This document shows positions 1 to 14,700 of a DNA stretch of 64,000 nucleotides, in pieces. Source of the DNA: Hydrolagus affinis (Eukaryota); assembly GCA_012026655.1 (NCBI GenBank), contig JAAILG010001395.1, positions 1 to 64,000 of the forward strand, written 5' to 3'. A program made the position numbers and the translations under genes. Below the pieces are notes generated by a model. It made no database searches. It saw nothing but the letters and a program-made list of their open reading frames with translations, and was not told the origin of the DNA. Positions within the stretch are counted from its first letter, which is position 1. Each line of letters begins with the position of its first letter.

Positions 1-417
1 AGAGGTGGGGGGTGGAGACCGCAGAGCGGATTCTCTCTATTTTGGACTCGAGGAAGTTCAGCATCTCCTCACAACGAGATGGAACATCACATAAGATGGA
101 ACATCGGGAGAAACAACCTCATGCGTAGTGCAAAGCTTGGAGTACAATATCCTCAATAAAAATGAAGTGCCTCAAAATGGTACTGCGGACAGTGAAATTG
201 GACTAAGAAATTGATCGGGAATTTGCAGAATTAGAATTGTGACCTCTGTTGTCTTTGAAACGCTACTGTGAATGGGAGTGGGAGCGAGGGAAGAGGAAGA
301 AGAGAAACGTAGGACATCATCTAAATTTTGTCCTGTTACACGGGGGGACAACAAGTGGAAACCACTCTTTATTTCTAAAACATTCAATTGCCTTTTTAGG
401 TCTTAATGTACACTCAC

Positions 418-521
418 AGTCAGATCTATCTCTCCCAATCTCCTCTTTTCCTGCTCGATAACCGCTTCCAAGACTTTGTAATAAAGAAACTCGGCAAGCC
501 GGAGGCATTTGGTAGCATAGT
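418..521 (-). CDS. RBL2: RBL2 exon 11
   Basis: YATKCLRLAEFLYYKVLEAVIEQEKRRLGEIDLT; donor gtgagt. Confidence 0.93.
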
Positions 522-2764
522 CTGTGTGACAGTAAGAAAAAATATGATATTACTATTTATTTATATAGCACCTTTCAAAAATTCACTGTGCAGTGAAACA
601 CATTAACAGGCCTGAGATGTACAACCGACCAGAATATATCATCTCTTTCTACAGAAATGATGTACCACATCACAGGTAAAGATGCCCTCCATAGCTCAAA
701 CGCATTTAATCACCTGTAAGAAAAACTTATCTTTTCTTATAAATGAAAAAAAAGTTGGATCATAACTCTGAATGTTCACTGAATTTTTTAAAAAAAACTT
801 CTTGTTGCCTACTACTCCATGCTTATACAACTACTGTAGTTGGTATGAAACTAACTAAACACATTTAGTGTTAACATTTCTGATGGACACCTGATCTATT
901 TGTCATATCAGTACTATTTTTCACACATGTAATCATAGAATTTTGATATGGAAGGGTATGTTAATACAAATTCATCTTCCTAATTCTGCACATTGAAAAT
1001 CAGTGAGCAGAAGACAAGATTTTGTTTACTCTCACTGGCGTTTGCTACTTAGGTGTTCCATCTAAAGGAATAATTTTGTAGCATCTGCACTGACCTATAG
1101 AGTAGCCAGAGTGGTCCTTGGTAGACTGTGTATAATGGTGACAGAATACTTCTCCCATCTGTTTGATTCTGTTAGCGATCGGCAGTGTGGGATCTCCAGA
1201 GCAGGACCTGTTAAAAAGATAAATGCATCGTCACGTATCAAACACTAGGCAATCAGAAATGACATTCCATCAGGGAAAACACCTCTCATTATGATATGCA
1301 CTGGAAGGCTGCTAGATTTAATACGCGTTCAGAGTATTCATTACCTGAAAATCTGTAATAATCTTTCACTGGGTGCATTTTTCAGCCCCATTAGCATGGC
1401 GTGAAGACGGCTAACACACTGTGTTGCGGAGGAAATAGGGGTCACACATGGGTTGCTTTCCTTCATATATCTGCGACCAGTCAATGGTGTTGAAAGTGTG
1501 AGAGGCTTGGACTGGGGGAGATAACGCATAGTTACATGATGATCATGGTCATTCGCTCTAAGGGATCTCAACATTTTATGCGCAGGTAGAACCAAGAGAA
1601 TGCACTTGAGCAAAGTGTGGGATACTCAGTGAGACACAAGTGCTTTGAAAGGATCACTCAAACGTGGGCAAAGAAATACTCCGTAAAGACACAAGTGAAC
1701 TTAACACATCCTCCCTTAAGATCTGGAAGTTTAGAAAATTGGTGCAACATTAAGATTGAAATAGCATCTTTGATGTGAAAGGCTGGCTGAAAACATTTTA
1801 CAAATCATGAATAATTTAAACAGAGAGAGCATTGTTAGGCAGGCAAATATGGCAGCTTATTTTGCTACCAGCAAAGGCTATAATAATCATAATAATCATT
1901 CTTATATTTGATATAGCGCTTTTCACCTCTTCTAGATGTCTCAAAGCCCTTCACAGAATATATTGTAAAGTGAATTGACTATATATTTGTGAGCGAAACG
2001 CAGCAGCCTATTGCGGACAGTAGTGTCCCACAAACAATTGTGTATAGAAATGAAATCATAATCTTACTTAAATTTATCAACTGATTAAAAGCATGTGGAT
2101 CCCCCTTACTACCAATTAATATCATTTTTGTTTTTTAGGGGAAGGGGGAATTTGAATGAGGAGGGATATTTATCTTGGACCAACTGGAACCTATTAGAAA
2201 TAGCAGCATGAGATCTTTTAATGTCCACCTGAATCACAGGGCAATCAGTACCTGGGTTTAAAGATTCACTTGAATGAAAAAATTTGGAATAAAGTTGTGA
2301 ATTTAATACAGTGGCTTATCACGTCAAATTATCCCAAAGGATTTGATGAGACGAGTTTAGGTTTAACACTGATGAGGTATATTCTATTAATCCAGTGGCT
2401 GCCCCATCCATACATGTGATGATCATGTTACATTTCTACCGTTTCCCCAACATCAGCGTTGAGTCAAGCACAGAATGCAAATTAAACATTATTTTGTGCT
2501 ACACTAACAGCCCAGCAAATACTTTTCACTCCATTACAATTCTAGGGATTTCAGCCTGCAAGAGAGCAAAGAACCGCACTTTGATTCCATTAGCAGTTAC
2601 CGCTCAGTTAACAGCTGGGCTCAGCATCCATCATTGCTTCTCAAAAACTGACTAATCCCTGCAACTGTTCACCTCTGAAGTCAGATGTAGGATTCACACT
2701 GGGTTTGCAAAAGCAATTTGCAACAAACAGTGTTAAACTTCCAGATACCAACTATTGGATGGAC

Positions 2765-2795
<31 letters not shown>

Positions 2796-5700
2796 ATGGG
2801 TGCATGTGTTCTCTCTCTCACTCATGCAATTTCATAGTATTAATGAAATAATATTGTGAAGTTTTTAAAAAATTACATGCATAAACACAAATTATCAGCA
2901 GCGGAAGAGATAGAAACTGAGACCTATCATTATGATTCCTATACACCAATATTAGCCCTTTATGTTGCACAGTAACCTTTCATATTCTTACCCTTTGAAA
3001 ATTGTGCTGAAGGTTGTGCTTGACCTGCAGCCTTTCAACGGTTTCTGTATTGGACATGCTGCTCAGACACCTGTGTGAGGTTCCTATCTCCTCATCTGCA
3101 TCGTCTCCCAGGAAAATTGTTTCATCGAGATTCCCCACAGTTAACACATACTCCTCGTAGGCCTTGTTAATGGCTTTGCTGAAGCAGGAAGATAGAAACA
3201 ATAACCAGAAGCATCTTGAAATAAAATCATAATAACAACAACCCTCCCGTGCAGATCTAATTAAAAGATTGTTAATCCATGTCAAACTGAGCTACTCCAA
3301 ATTAGATGATTTCTGACCCACTCCATCGAGTGAGGCATTTCAGAGCGAGAGAAATAAAAATCAAGTGCTTCAATAGTAGAAAGATATTAATCCTGTTATT
3401 CAGGGCCAACTAATAATTCAAAAACAATGCCGAAAGAATCGCATATCTTACTTAAATTATCACGAAAACAATGGTTGGATCAGTATATTGCCTCGGCTAA
3501 TATTGAACATAATACAGTAGTTAAAATAATCAGGTTTGCGGCAATATCCATGAAGCAATGCATATTGTGAAATCCAAACAAACATACAGATTTACTTACA
3601 AACTGTCTCCAAAGTTCCCAGGATCCAGAAAACCAGTCAGAGCTTCTCCTTTTCCCTTCAAGATCTGCAGTCAGAGTAATACATGCCCACTTAAATAAAC
3701 GGTAAGCCAAATAAGTTACCTATTGTTCAAAACAATATTGTACTTTTAAAACGTTACAATGGTGTAGATGGCACTTGATAATGTTTGGGGAAAATGTCTT
3801 GTGATTAGTTTTTTTTCTGAATTTGTGTATTTTAACAAAAAAAGTATGCTTGATCGAGGTAACACATGTGGAGTGTTTGGCTCTAAGATCAATTAATTCA
3901 ACACAGAGCCTTCGGCTCCCCCCCCACTAACTCTTCCCCCTTTCCTTCCACCTACCCCGACCCTCCCCCCCACCCCCTTGGGTCCCGACCTGACTGTTCA
4001 GCACTTATACACCCTTACTGCCAGTGCCAAATAGCTGAGCATTATTATATACCCGGTGTGGGTCATTATAGAAGCTGAAAGATATATTTACGAAGTGTAG
4101 AAATCATGATAAAACAGTGAAACATGTAGGGTTATAATCTCCAAGAGTAAAATGCACTGGTCAAACCTTTCGTTCAAAGAGTTTTTGGATGTATGGCTTC
4201 CAGTAATGCTGCTTAATGCCCTTAGCCTCCAATTCCAATCCATCATGCAAGGAACACAAATAGTCAATGATACACGGTGGCTCTAAAGGAGGTTTATAAT
4301 CTTTATTGCCAAAGTCCTCTGGTAGTCCTGAAGTGAAGAGAACGGTAGAGATTACACGATGCTGCTCTCATCACCACTCTACTGTACTGCATCTGAATGC
4401 TCATAATAAGACTAGAAGCTTTTGTCTGCTTTTCTGCAGGAGTGGAAAATCCAGACATACATGCCTGACCCCGATGACAGGAATTTATTACGTGGGAAAA
4501 TCCTGTGTTCCATACCTTGTCTATCTTAATCTATTTTAAGAATGAATGTTATCTCCAGGCTATGTTGTCTGAATATCGTACTCAGTTTACAAAATAGTAA
4601 AAGCAGCGTGTTTCCGTTTTGTAACTATTTAATATCTTCTTGCAAGGGTTCAAGGGTCTATACAAGTTTCAAAATACTTATTAATGGCACTGCACAAATT
4701 TTCATTCAATCCTAATGCTGAATACTAAATCAAAATGAAAAGAATGTACAGCACCAAATATTCAGCCAGAGTTTCATTACTAAATATCTACGGACACCAA
4801 AATTCTCCAGTGGGTAACTGCAGTTAATATACAGTATTTTGTTTTTAAATACAGAAGTAAAATCAATTAAAATATTGATTGATTGGGTGGGATGTGACTG
4901 GAGAACAATAATGCTAACAAGAGTCTTGTCTTGGACTTTGTGCACTAGTCTCATCATATAGTATTATGTTTAAACCGCCAACTTGTTATATTGCTGGAGG
5001 TTATGGATTTATCCCAGTGGACTTCCTCTTTGACTGTGCTTAGTCTGCCCTCCACTTCTACCCCCACACCCACCGCCCACCCTCAGCTTCGAGACAGTCT
5101 CCTCCACTATTAATCGCTCTGAGCTGCTATACCCAGTGTGGAGGGTGCAATATAAGGGCACGGTGTTGCTCTTGTACACTTCCCACTCCCAACACAAACT
5201 AAATGTGACTGCACATTACCCTAAATTAAAAAATCTCCTTATTGTTAATGGGTGGTGCTATTTGATAAGGAGCAGTTTTGAGCGGAAGCTAAATGCATTT
5301 AGCACTTTGGGACGTCCTCCCGATGTGAAAGGGGCTGTGCAAACGTCCTCTTTGGACAAGCCACTTGGATCTAAGATCAAACAGAAGGTGCAGTGAGTGT
5401 TCTTCTCATGTGCTTTAACAAGGAGATAGAACATGACAGTGGTACTGAGCCCTATGACCAGGAAGCTTAAATCCCTGGTCCGACTGCTCTTATCTGACCT
5501 CAGGGAAGTGACAACGTGGACCTGACCTGGCTACGAAGAAGAAAAATCAGACAAGTTCAACATGCTGATTGCCACCACCGGTGCACACGTATACGGTATA
5601 TAATGTATGAGGGCAGGATAGAATTGGCTGTTTGCCGTAAACTCTGGAACCATATCACAGAAGACATAGAGAGATTACACACACACAAAATGAAACAGAA

Positions 5701-8700
5701 ATTGTCATAAAGACCTTTGCACTAAAGATCACACCTACCTTTGAATGTGGGATTCAGCAAGTCTCTCCAGTTGGAGCAAAGCAGTGCGTTCCCAAACACC
5801 AGATCCAACACACACAGCAGAAGATGGTACGAATTAACCAGGTCATCACTGATCATGGGGAAATTTCCTACAGAAATAATAGAGGCACCGTTTCTTTGAT
5901 GACGCTGATTCCCCACAAAAAGGTGAAAATAATTTTACGTACAATTTTAGAGCGCCTCAACTTTTCACAAACATCAAAGTGGGTTTTTCTATCATTCTAA
6001 AAGCTACAGGAAAAACTTTCAAAATTATGGTTGTATTTTAGACTTCACCAAATTCTGAATGTGCTGAAATAATACATAAATAAGGGTAAACCTAGGTCCA
6101 GGTAGAATTTCTTCCCCGTAAACAAATTATTCTGTTCACTAATTATCAAATGTTAGCATAAAATTCAACAGCCAATTTTGACCAAATAAAACAATAAGAT
6201 ACTAACATTCCCACTTTTGTACTTCTGCTACATGGTATTTTATTTCCTTCCTAAACCAACAAGCTTATCAAATCATATTAATAACTTGAAGCTAACCACC
6301 CTCAAAGACCAAATAAAATGTTTTACTCTGTGATAATCTAAATAATAATTATCTTTGCATTTGATATAGCACCTTATCATGTCTTCGAGTAGCCCCAAGG
6401 CACTTCAAAGAAAATACTGTGAAGTGAATTGACTGTATATTTTGTGGGCAAAACACCTACAAAATATAGTTAAGACAAAGCTCATTCAGGTAGTGACACC
6501 TGAGGGGGGAAAAGAGGATGGAATGAACCACTTTTCTGGTATAAATCTTCTTATAAATGTTTGTCTTGAAGACATAGCGTGCTTCAAAGTGAAAGATTGG
6601 CTTACTGCATTGTGGCTTGTGTGTTTTTTTAAAACTACATTTATTATGGAATAACAGGATGCAGCTGGAGATGACTGGATTGACGACAGATGCCTTATGA
6701 AATTGAACATGGTGCTTGCTCGAAGCTCCAAGTGACTGGGGGAAAATTAAGTGCAGAATCAAGGAACAAATCACACAGATTCTCACAGCTTAATGCATTC
6801 TCCAGCATCCAGCAGCATCGACCCCGATTTGACAACGGCACTGCAGGAGGTGCTGAGATGAGGCGAAGAGATTTCAGGCAGAAAAAGTAGGACTTTTAAA
6901 CGCTTTGCTGAGGTATCTCTATTGACATAAGATTCCCTTGCATGTTGCTGGTTTAACTATGTGAAGCCCTGTGACGTCCTCCCAAAATGTTGTAAACATT
7001 TAGCAGAGATGTGGGAGCTAGTCTCACATCCGCCCTCTGAGCTGCTCACAAGCCGGGAGGGAACGTTTGGTGGACGAGGTTCTCAGCAAGTTTGATAAGA
7101 ACATACATTTATAGAATTCACTTACAAGAAGAACACAACAGCAGGACAACCTCCACCAAAGTAAATCTTTCCCCTTTATTTACATTGCTTCTATCTCTTA
7201 ACCACCAGGTCTGAACTATTTATTTAGTGGCTCCGTTGAAGCAGCAGATAAAGAAACTAGGATGATCTGTTATTATTATTAATCCCTGTTAATAGACATG
7301 CTCACTGAGGAACTTTTAAGTGTCATAGCTGAATGCTGCTCCACATATTAATCATCAAGTTTCCACAGGGAATCAGCAAAGATTCAAAAATGTCAATCTC
7401 TTCAACTGGGGCGGAGAGATTTTAAAAGCACATTTTATTTCCTTGCAAATGCAGTTACTACATTTCTCAAAAAATCTGAGTTACTTTGAAGTGTATCAAA
7501 TGCAGAGAGAATAATAGGATTATTATTGGTGATTTATAAAAGTACTTTACTGTGAAAAAAAATATCCATTTTAAGTTGTGGATTTTGAAAAACAGTATTC
7601 ACTTATTTATTTCACCCAGCACCAGGATAACAACCTTTGAGAAGTTTGTTTTGAATTTTAATTCAGGTCAAATTTAAGGTATCTGAGACTCAAAAACATA
7701 AAGGACCCATGAAGGTGAATGTTTCCACAGCTGTACTACTTTCATGATAATTTACACATGCTGAATGGGTAGATTTGGCAATCGCTCTGATTTTATTAAA
7801 AAAAAGCATCAATTTATAGGGATCATATTCACCCAATTTCCTGCTAAGATCAGCAGGAAATCTGACTAGGAATCCTCTTATTCCAAAAATTCTACGTGTC
7901 ACGTTCTGTAAATTATTTCAAAACTTGCTGCTACTCACTTTCTCTGCATCGCAGGGGAAATGACAGAACCTATCCCTTTGCATATAATATTATTCACTAT
8001 AATTTTCTCACATCATATCTGCTTCAGCTCAAACAAGTCTGGATTGAAAGTGAAGTCATGTCAAGAACTGAGGTAAGAAAATCTACTCAAAAATCAGAAA
8101 CAAAACTGCTGTCTGTACAATTAGAACTGTGAAAACATGGACTTACTATACAGTGACCTCCCCTTTTCCAAACATCAGCGACTAGTATTTAAAACAAGTA
8201 ACAGAGTACAATTTACCGGCCCTTTGTTGTTTTTAACCTACAAACATTTCAAATACTTCATTTTACTTTTTCTAAAAAATAATTCAAGCCAAACACTCGA
8301 GCCGTGCATTTTCCTTTATATTCACATCTCCACAAGAGTTCTTTATAAATCCTTTCAATCAATAGTGGTTGTAAATCGTTTCACCCACAAAATATAATCA
8401 ACCCACATCACAATATATTCTGCAGGATGCTTTATGACGTCTCAATGATGTGATAAGGCGCAAGGATTATTATTATTCTAATTTAGACACAAATTGGTAA
8501 TGTGCAGTAATTTATCTTTTGATACTTGATCTGCATTTACGAAGACTGTTTCTAACAAGCTTCCTTACCTTGGTATTGAGAGCTGCAGGAGGCTTTTACA
8601 TTCTCCGCAGGATGTTAACATAATGAACTTGAATACTGGAGCTCCAACACTCCTCTTCAACCCCCCAAAAAACTTGGAAAGCTTTTGCAAATCAACCGTG

Positions 8701-11700
8701 AAGTGGAAAAAAAAAATTAAAGAAAGGAACAGCTCAAGCTTTCACTGAAGATTACGACCAGCTGAAGCCGAAATAGAGAGCAGACAAGCCCGTACAAGTC
8801 GACACAAATCTCTGTCAATACAATCAGTGCTGACTGCCTAGTCCATCCCAGTTACAGCGTGACCAAGCTCTGAGAGACCCAGCTGGAGTCTGTTGATGCT
8901 AAAGAAAAGAGCCTGGCGAATGGTAACGAAATGTCATTGTACAATTAAGTCTTCAGCTACACATTCAGCTGAAACCAGACTCCCCATCCAAAGTCAACAA
9001 AAGTGTGACATTCTAATCCCTGTAACCATGCTGATGGGATGGCAAACAATTTTCCGAGTGAGTTCACTGCAGTAAAACCAGATGGATCCTCGTGGGTAAG
9101 GTATCAAGTCTTCAGCAGCAGGTATCCTTATTACACTGCTAAATAAATGAACACCCTGCAGTGCATATTTAGAACTCTGATCTGCCTGTCTGAAACACAC
9201 TGCTCCTTTTTTGGTAAAATAAATACTCTTTTAAAAAAGAAATATAACAGCAAAAGGGGTAAGTATTGTATTGAACCCTAGATCGGTCTCGCACATTTAG
9301 TTTAAATCCCGTGGAGACTTTTTCATCCATTTAAATCTGAGGAAAAAGATTGAGGAAGAAACCAATGCTGGGGTAGAGGGAGCAGGCGCAAGGCAAACAC
9401 TCTCCATCGGTGACGGTGTGAACAATTTATCTTCACAGGAACCAAGAACTAGTATAGGATTCCAGCCAGTTTATCAAAATACACAGCAGAGCCTGACAGA
9501 CAAACAAATGTCTTAACATGTTTATTTTGATCAGTGCCCTGTAGTCAGCTCCTGTCTGAAACATAATGCAATTCAATAGGTCAATCTACACCACATCACT
9601 CCACACCAACTTCCATGATACGTATTCTCAAATTGTTCAAGAAGAGCAATTTGGTAACTGGAAGGATAACAAGATAGTGAAAAGATGAGAAACACACTTG
9701 TACTAGTAGTGACAGAGACAAATGTTCAGTCAGTCTATCAACTGGCATTCAAAAGGAGTTTTTCAAAAACAATTATGTAAAGTATATATATATAAATCAG
9801 TTATTTCCCTACTGGTATTTATGACCTTCACACTCACGGCATCCTACAGATTCCTGCAAAGCTCAGGAAATAGGAAAGCAATCGATGCAAAAGCAAATTA
9901 AACACCAAAATAAACTTTCCATTTTTTTATTGTCTGGGTAACTACTTCTGACTTTTAATGAGTCGGGAGGTGGGTGGGGGAGTGTGGGGGGGTAAGCAAC
10001 CTCCGGTAAGCAACATTAATAGCTTGCATTTGCATAGCGCCCTTCGTGCAGCGCAGTGTCTTGGAGTGAGCAGCCTGATTTACAGCACTGGTGTCCTGTG
10101 GACCGCGCAAAGCACAATACACTTGGCTTCTGGCACCGGCGAGCTGGTTTCAGGCATCAAAATATACCACGGCATCTGAGGTTGCTGGGCTAAGACAGAC
10201 AAGTTCAAACAATGTACAGTAAAAGCCTGTTTATCTGGCACCTGATCAACTGTAACTTCTGTTTAACCCCACCGCAAAAAAAAGTCCGCATTCGATTAAC
10301 CGGAATTTATCCGGAAAATGCATTGAATTTTTCTTTTTTTCTTTTGCGTTTTCGGCCGAATATCTGGCACGCACTTTAACCTGCATTGGCCAGTGTCGAG
10401 GGTGCCGGATAAATGGGCTTTTATTGTATTACTTTTTTGTACCCCCTCAGGTACGTCAGACTAAACCACTCTGATCAGGTTTCAATATATTGAAGTGTAG
10501 GCTGCTGATCTTTGCTGAGGCAGCGCAAAACAGCTAAACTGCATTGTTGGCTACCTCAGTAAAAGGCAACCCTAACCACTTTTATGATAAATTACATTGA
10601 TTGAAAGCATTAAATAACTTGGGAGGAATCTCATGGATGGGATGCATTGTGTGCTGAGCGAGAAGGATCAAAATAGGATGGGATTCCACTTCCAAAAGGC
10701 GACAGGTTTAAGCTACCATAAACACAAGTTCACAACTCTCAATGCACAATAACAGTGAACTTCTTTGATTACCCTCTGCTCCCTAAACAAACATTTCATT
10801 AAGTAACCATCAATGAATATGCCTCAAAATTACTTACAGACAATCAAAAACTGCTTCACGGTTTCTTTGGAAAATTAAATTTAGTTGTAATCCAAAATCA
10901 AAACTCTTGTAGATCAGTAGTTAGAGCGCTTGCCTTACAAACGAGAGACCTGGGTTCGTTTGAATCCACGACTGTTTGTGGGACACTGCTGTACGTAACT
11001 TGCTTTACAGTATATTTTCTGTGAAGTGTTTTGAGACATCTAGAAGACGTGAAAAGCGCTATATCAAAGCAAGGAGTATTATTATCACTATATTTAATTA
11101 CGCCAAGACAGGCAACTTGTAATAAATTTGTTTTACTTGAAGCAAAGATACCGAACCAAACAGGACACCTAATATTTTAACCTTGGGAGTTAAAGTTAAA
11201 AAAACTTCTGACATAATCGAGTAAAATACATTAAGGTTTGTTTGGCTGCAAAATACAGTTACTGCACTTCACAGTAAAACCTATGAGATGTGTTCCTGAC
11301 TTTAAAGGCACTATATCAAAGAAAAGACTATATGAATCATGTAGACGTATCTAATTCGTTGATTACCTTAAGAAAAAAAGAATTACGTAGATGCAATAAA
11401 AACCTTTTGAAGTTTAATCACTGGCTAGTGTCGAGTTGTAGTTGCTATAACAGCAAGGCCAAAATTATTCACCCATAAATGATTAACTTGTAAACTGTGA
11501 TGACTAAATAATGTGCTGTTCTTATCAATTTTAATAATTTTCTGCTGAGGGTTGAGAGCCAGTAATCTGCAAGTGAGTGGCTCTTGATAGATTCATAACT
11601 TACCTTTGGTCTGTACAAACAGCACCCAACAGAAGTTAAACACCTCAGAGACTGTACAAGGTTGACGTCTATAGAGCGGAAAAAAAGAAATATCTAAAAT

Positions 11701-14700
11701 CAGCAGGCTGCGCAATTTACTCCATGACAAACGAGCACAGTTTTCTAAACAAATCACGGTGAGAGTTCACTTTTCATTAAAGACTTCTCTGACTAGAGAT
11801 TTTACAAGTTTTCTTAAATTTTGTGTGTAGCCAGGAGAACAAAAAGTCCTTGCTATTAATATAGGCAGAAAGTTATTGAGAGCTTTCACAACTACTTCTG
11901 ACCATAGATCTACACTTCATTAAGAATGTCTGAACACAATTTTTTTTATAAGCTCAGTTTACAATTCATTACCTCCTGCTGTTAAAATACTTTATGAAAA
12001 AATGTGCAGCAAGGTTTGTGTGCTGTGCAGCATTTAGGTTGGGTTGGCTTATTTCTTCCCATCAACACAAATTGAAAGATGAGTGATAGAGTTAAAATGC
12101 TTCCTTCTTTGTTATTTTGTTTGTTTTTCAAACAAATCTAGGCATATATCAAAAACATGTATTTAATCACGCTATTAACCTAATAATTTCTAACAATTTA
12201 CTTTTTTTTTTAAAAGCACTTGAATAAATTCATGATTTAGAAAAAATACTTTAATTGGCCCTCTCTTTAAGATATCCATTGCATTTTGTGAAAGTTATTA
12301 TTCCCCAAACACCCATCATAGTTTTGTGGTTATTGACATTACTGCTCGCATTAGTGCCTTTCCCGTCAGGAGGCTGTGTCCCAAAGCAGGATAGACTATA
12401 ATGTGGAGTGACTGTGATTTGTGTGCAAACTAACCAATACTCAGTTTCAGTACAAGTCTTTCTACTGTGTGTTCTATTCAGAAACTTGAATAGCCATGAC
12501 TCCCTTTCATTGGTTGTGTATTCAGACCCTTTTTATTTCCTGCGGGATTCAATGTCAGCGTTTCATCTCTTCAGCTTGTACCAACCCTCATTAACTCTTC
12601 TTTGGAAATCCAAAGGAAAGTTTTGTGAATGAAGCAGAGCAAACAAGTAAACATCAGTTACTCTAAAGTTTCATCCATAAAATATACAGTTAATTCAATT
12701 CACTCTGAAGCACTTTGAGACATCTCAATGATGTAATAAGGTGCTATATCAAATGTAAGGATTATTATTATAAGTCACTTTATAGTTAGACTTCACTACC
12801 TCCCCCAACCCCTCACCCAATTGCTGAATTCAGACCTCACCTCTGTTTACGGCCTCTCTGCTGCCGTGGTGGTGGTTCTTCTTGTGGGTCCTTAAAAAGG
12901 TCTCGAAAAATAGGTTCGTATTTCTTGAAGATGACAGCAGAGACGGTGAAGTTCCTCTCCAGCTTCTTAGTACGGTCTCGGAATTCCTGCGGCAAGTTCG
13001 CCATATCTGCCCATTTCTGCATTTTATTGAAAAACGCAATCAAACTGGTACACACAAAAAAAAAGAAAAATAGAATTAGATCTTTATTTAGGGAGAACGG
13101 GTCTGTTAGATTATGGGGAGAGAGCGGGGCAGTGGGATTGAGTTGCTCTTTTCAAAGAGCTGGCACAGACTAAATGGGCCAAATGGCCTCCTTTTGTGCC
13201 GTAAAATTCTATGATTCTATGAAGTGCATTTAGCATTTGATCGGTTCCTTAAGTCGCAGCAATGAAACATCTTGCATCTATAGTACAGAGCACCCCTCAC
13301 ATGGAATTGCAACTCAAGAGTGCTGAACAGGAAAGACTGCTGTGACTTAAAGGACTGATCACCTGCTATTAATACAGCACGTGCTATTAATACAGTCCCT
13401 TCCACATTTCTCTTTAAATTTGACAGAAAGTGATGTTTTACTATTTTTACTATTCTTCTCTTTCAAGTTTAGCTAAGAAGGTAAGCTTTTCCCCCAAATC
13501 TAAAGCATTATTCATGCAAGGCCTGGAATCTCTCCCTTAGTGTGGGATTATGATCTCTGGTGACAAGAATAACACACAGGAATTAAACGAGGCAAGTCTC
13601 AGAATTCCCTCTCAGTTAAGTGAATGAAATGACCGACATTTAATATTACTATCTGATTAGCTGGGCTGGAAAAGGCTGATCTCCATGCTATAATGTTGAT
13701 CCATGCATTTGCATTTGGATATTCTATTGTTGCCACGTGTATGATCTTCAATACAAATTTTTAAATAAATCACCGTTTGAAAGAAAATATGCTCAACAGT
13801 TATTACACGCTTGTATAATCAATTGAGTTACTTTTGTACTTTACCTGAGTTCAGCACAGTACAGGATCTTCGTTAGGGAAACAAAATTCCCCTCTACAGT
13901 TCCTGTTCCCACTGACGGCACGTCTTTTCTGCATGAAACGTACAAGGCACAGGCTAACCAGTGAAGGTCATCTCCCTGAAATTATACAATATTGTCACAA
14001 ACTCTGTCCACCGGGTGTCGATGATTTCTCCCCGCCTTGTTCAGCTCGGGCACCTGTGCAATAACGTCACAGGTCTGCCACAGGTGTCACAGGTCTGAGT
14101 GTTATCTCACACAGAAGTCACAACTCCGGACTAATTCTAGGGCAAGTGCAATATGGAGACGGAATCAGTCAGTGATTTTCCACTGGATTTTTAATCAACA
14201 GATAATCAACAACAAACAATAAAATTACATTTATAGAGCGCCTTTCACGTCGGGAGGATCTCTAATCATAGAGATGGTAGATTTTATAATGTGTCTTGGA
14301 TAAATACTCTCTTTGAACATTATCTAATATTTTTAACTATATTAACTGGTAGCTTTGAGTCTCTCAATGATGTGATAAGGCGTTATATCAAATGCAACCA
14401 TTACTATTAATAGTAGCATACTAATAATTAAAAACACTGTGTATAGATTTACCTTTTCTTTTTAATACGAGATACATAGTATAGTCTGACAATAAATTTC
14501 AGAAGCCTAATAAAAAATGGGGAATTTAAAACTGGAGATATTAATCTTGTATTTGATATAGCAACTTTGACTCAAAGCACTTCACAGGATTTTCTATAAA
14601 GTATAGCAACTGTGTTTTGTAGCCCAAAAGCAGATTGACTGCGAATTTTGTTGGCGAAACCAAGGTAGAAAACCAAAAACACTGTAAAATGGATGTTAGT

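Noticed and set aside
1035-1062. Possible extra RBL2 exon after tttcctttag-like acceptor
   Set aside because: In-frame stop after five codons, and exons 10 and 11 already join in phase.
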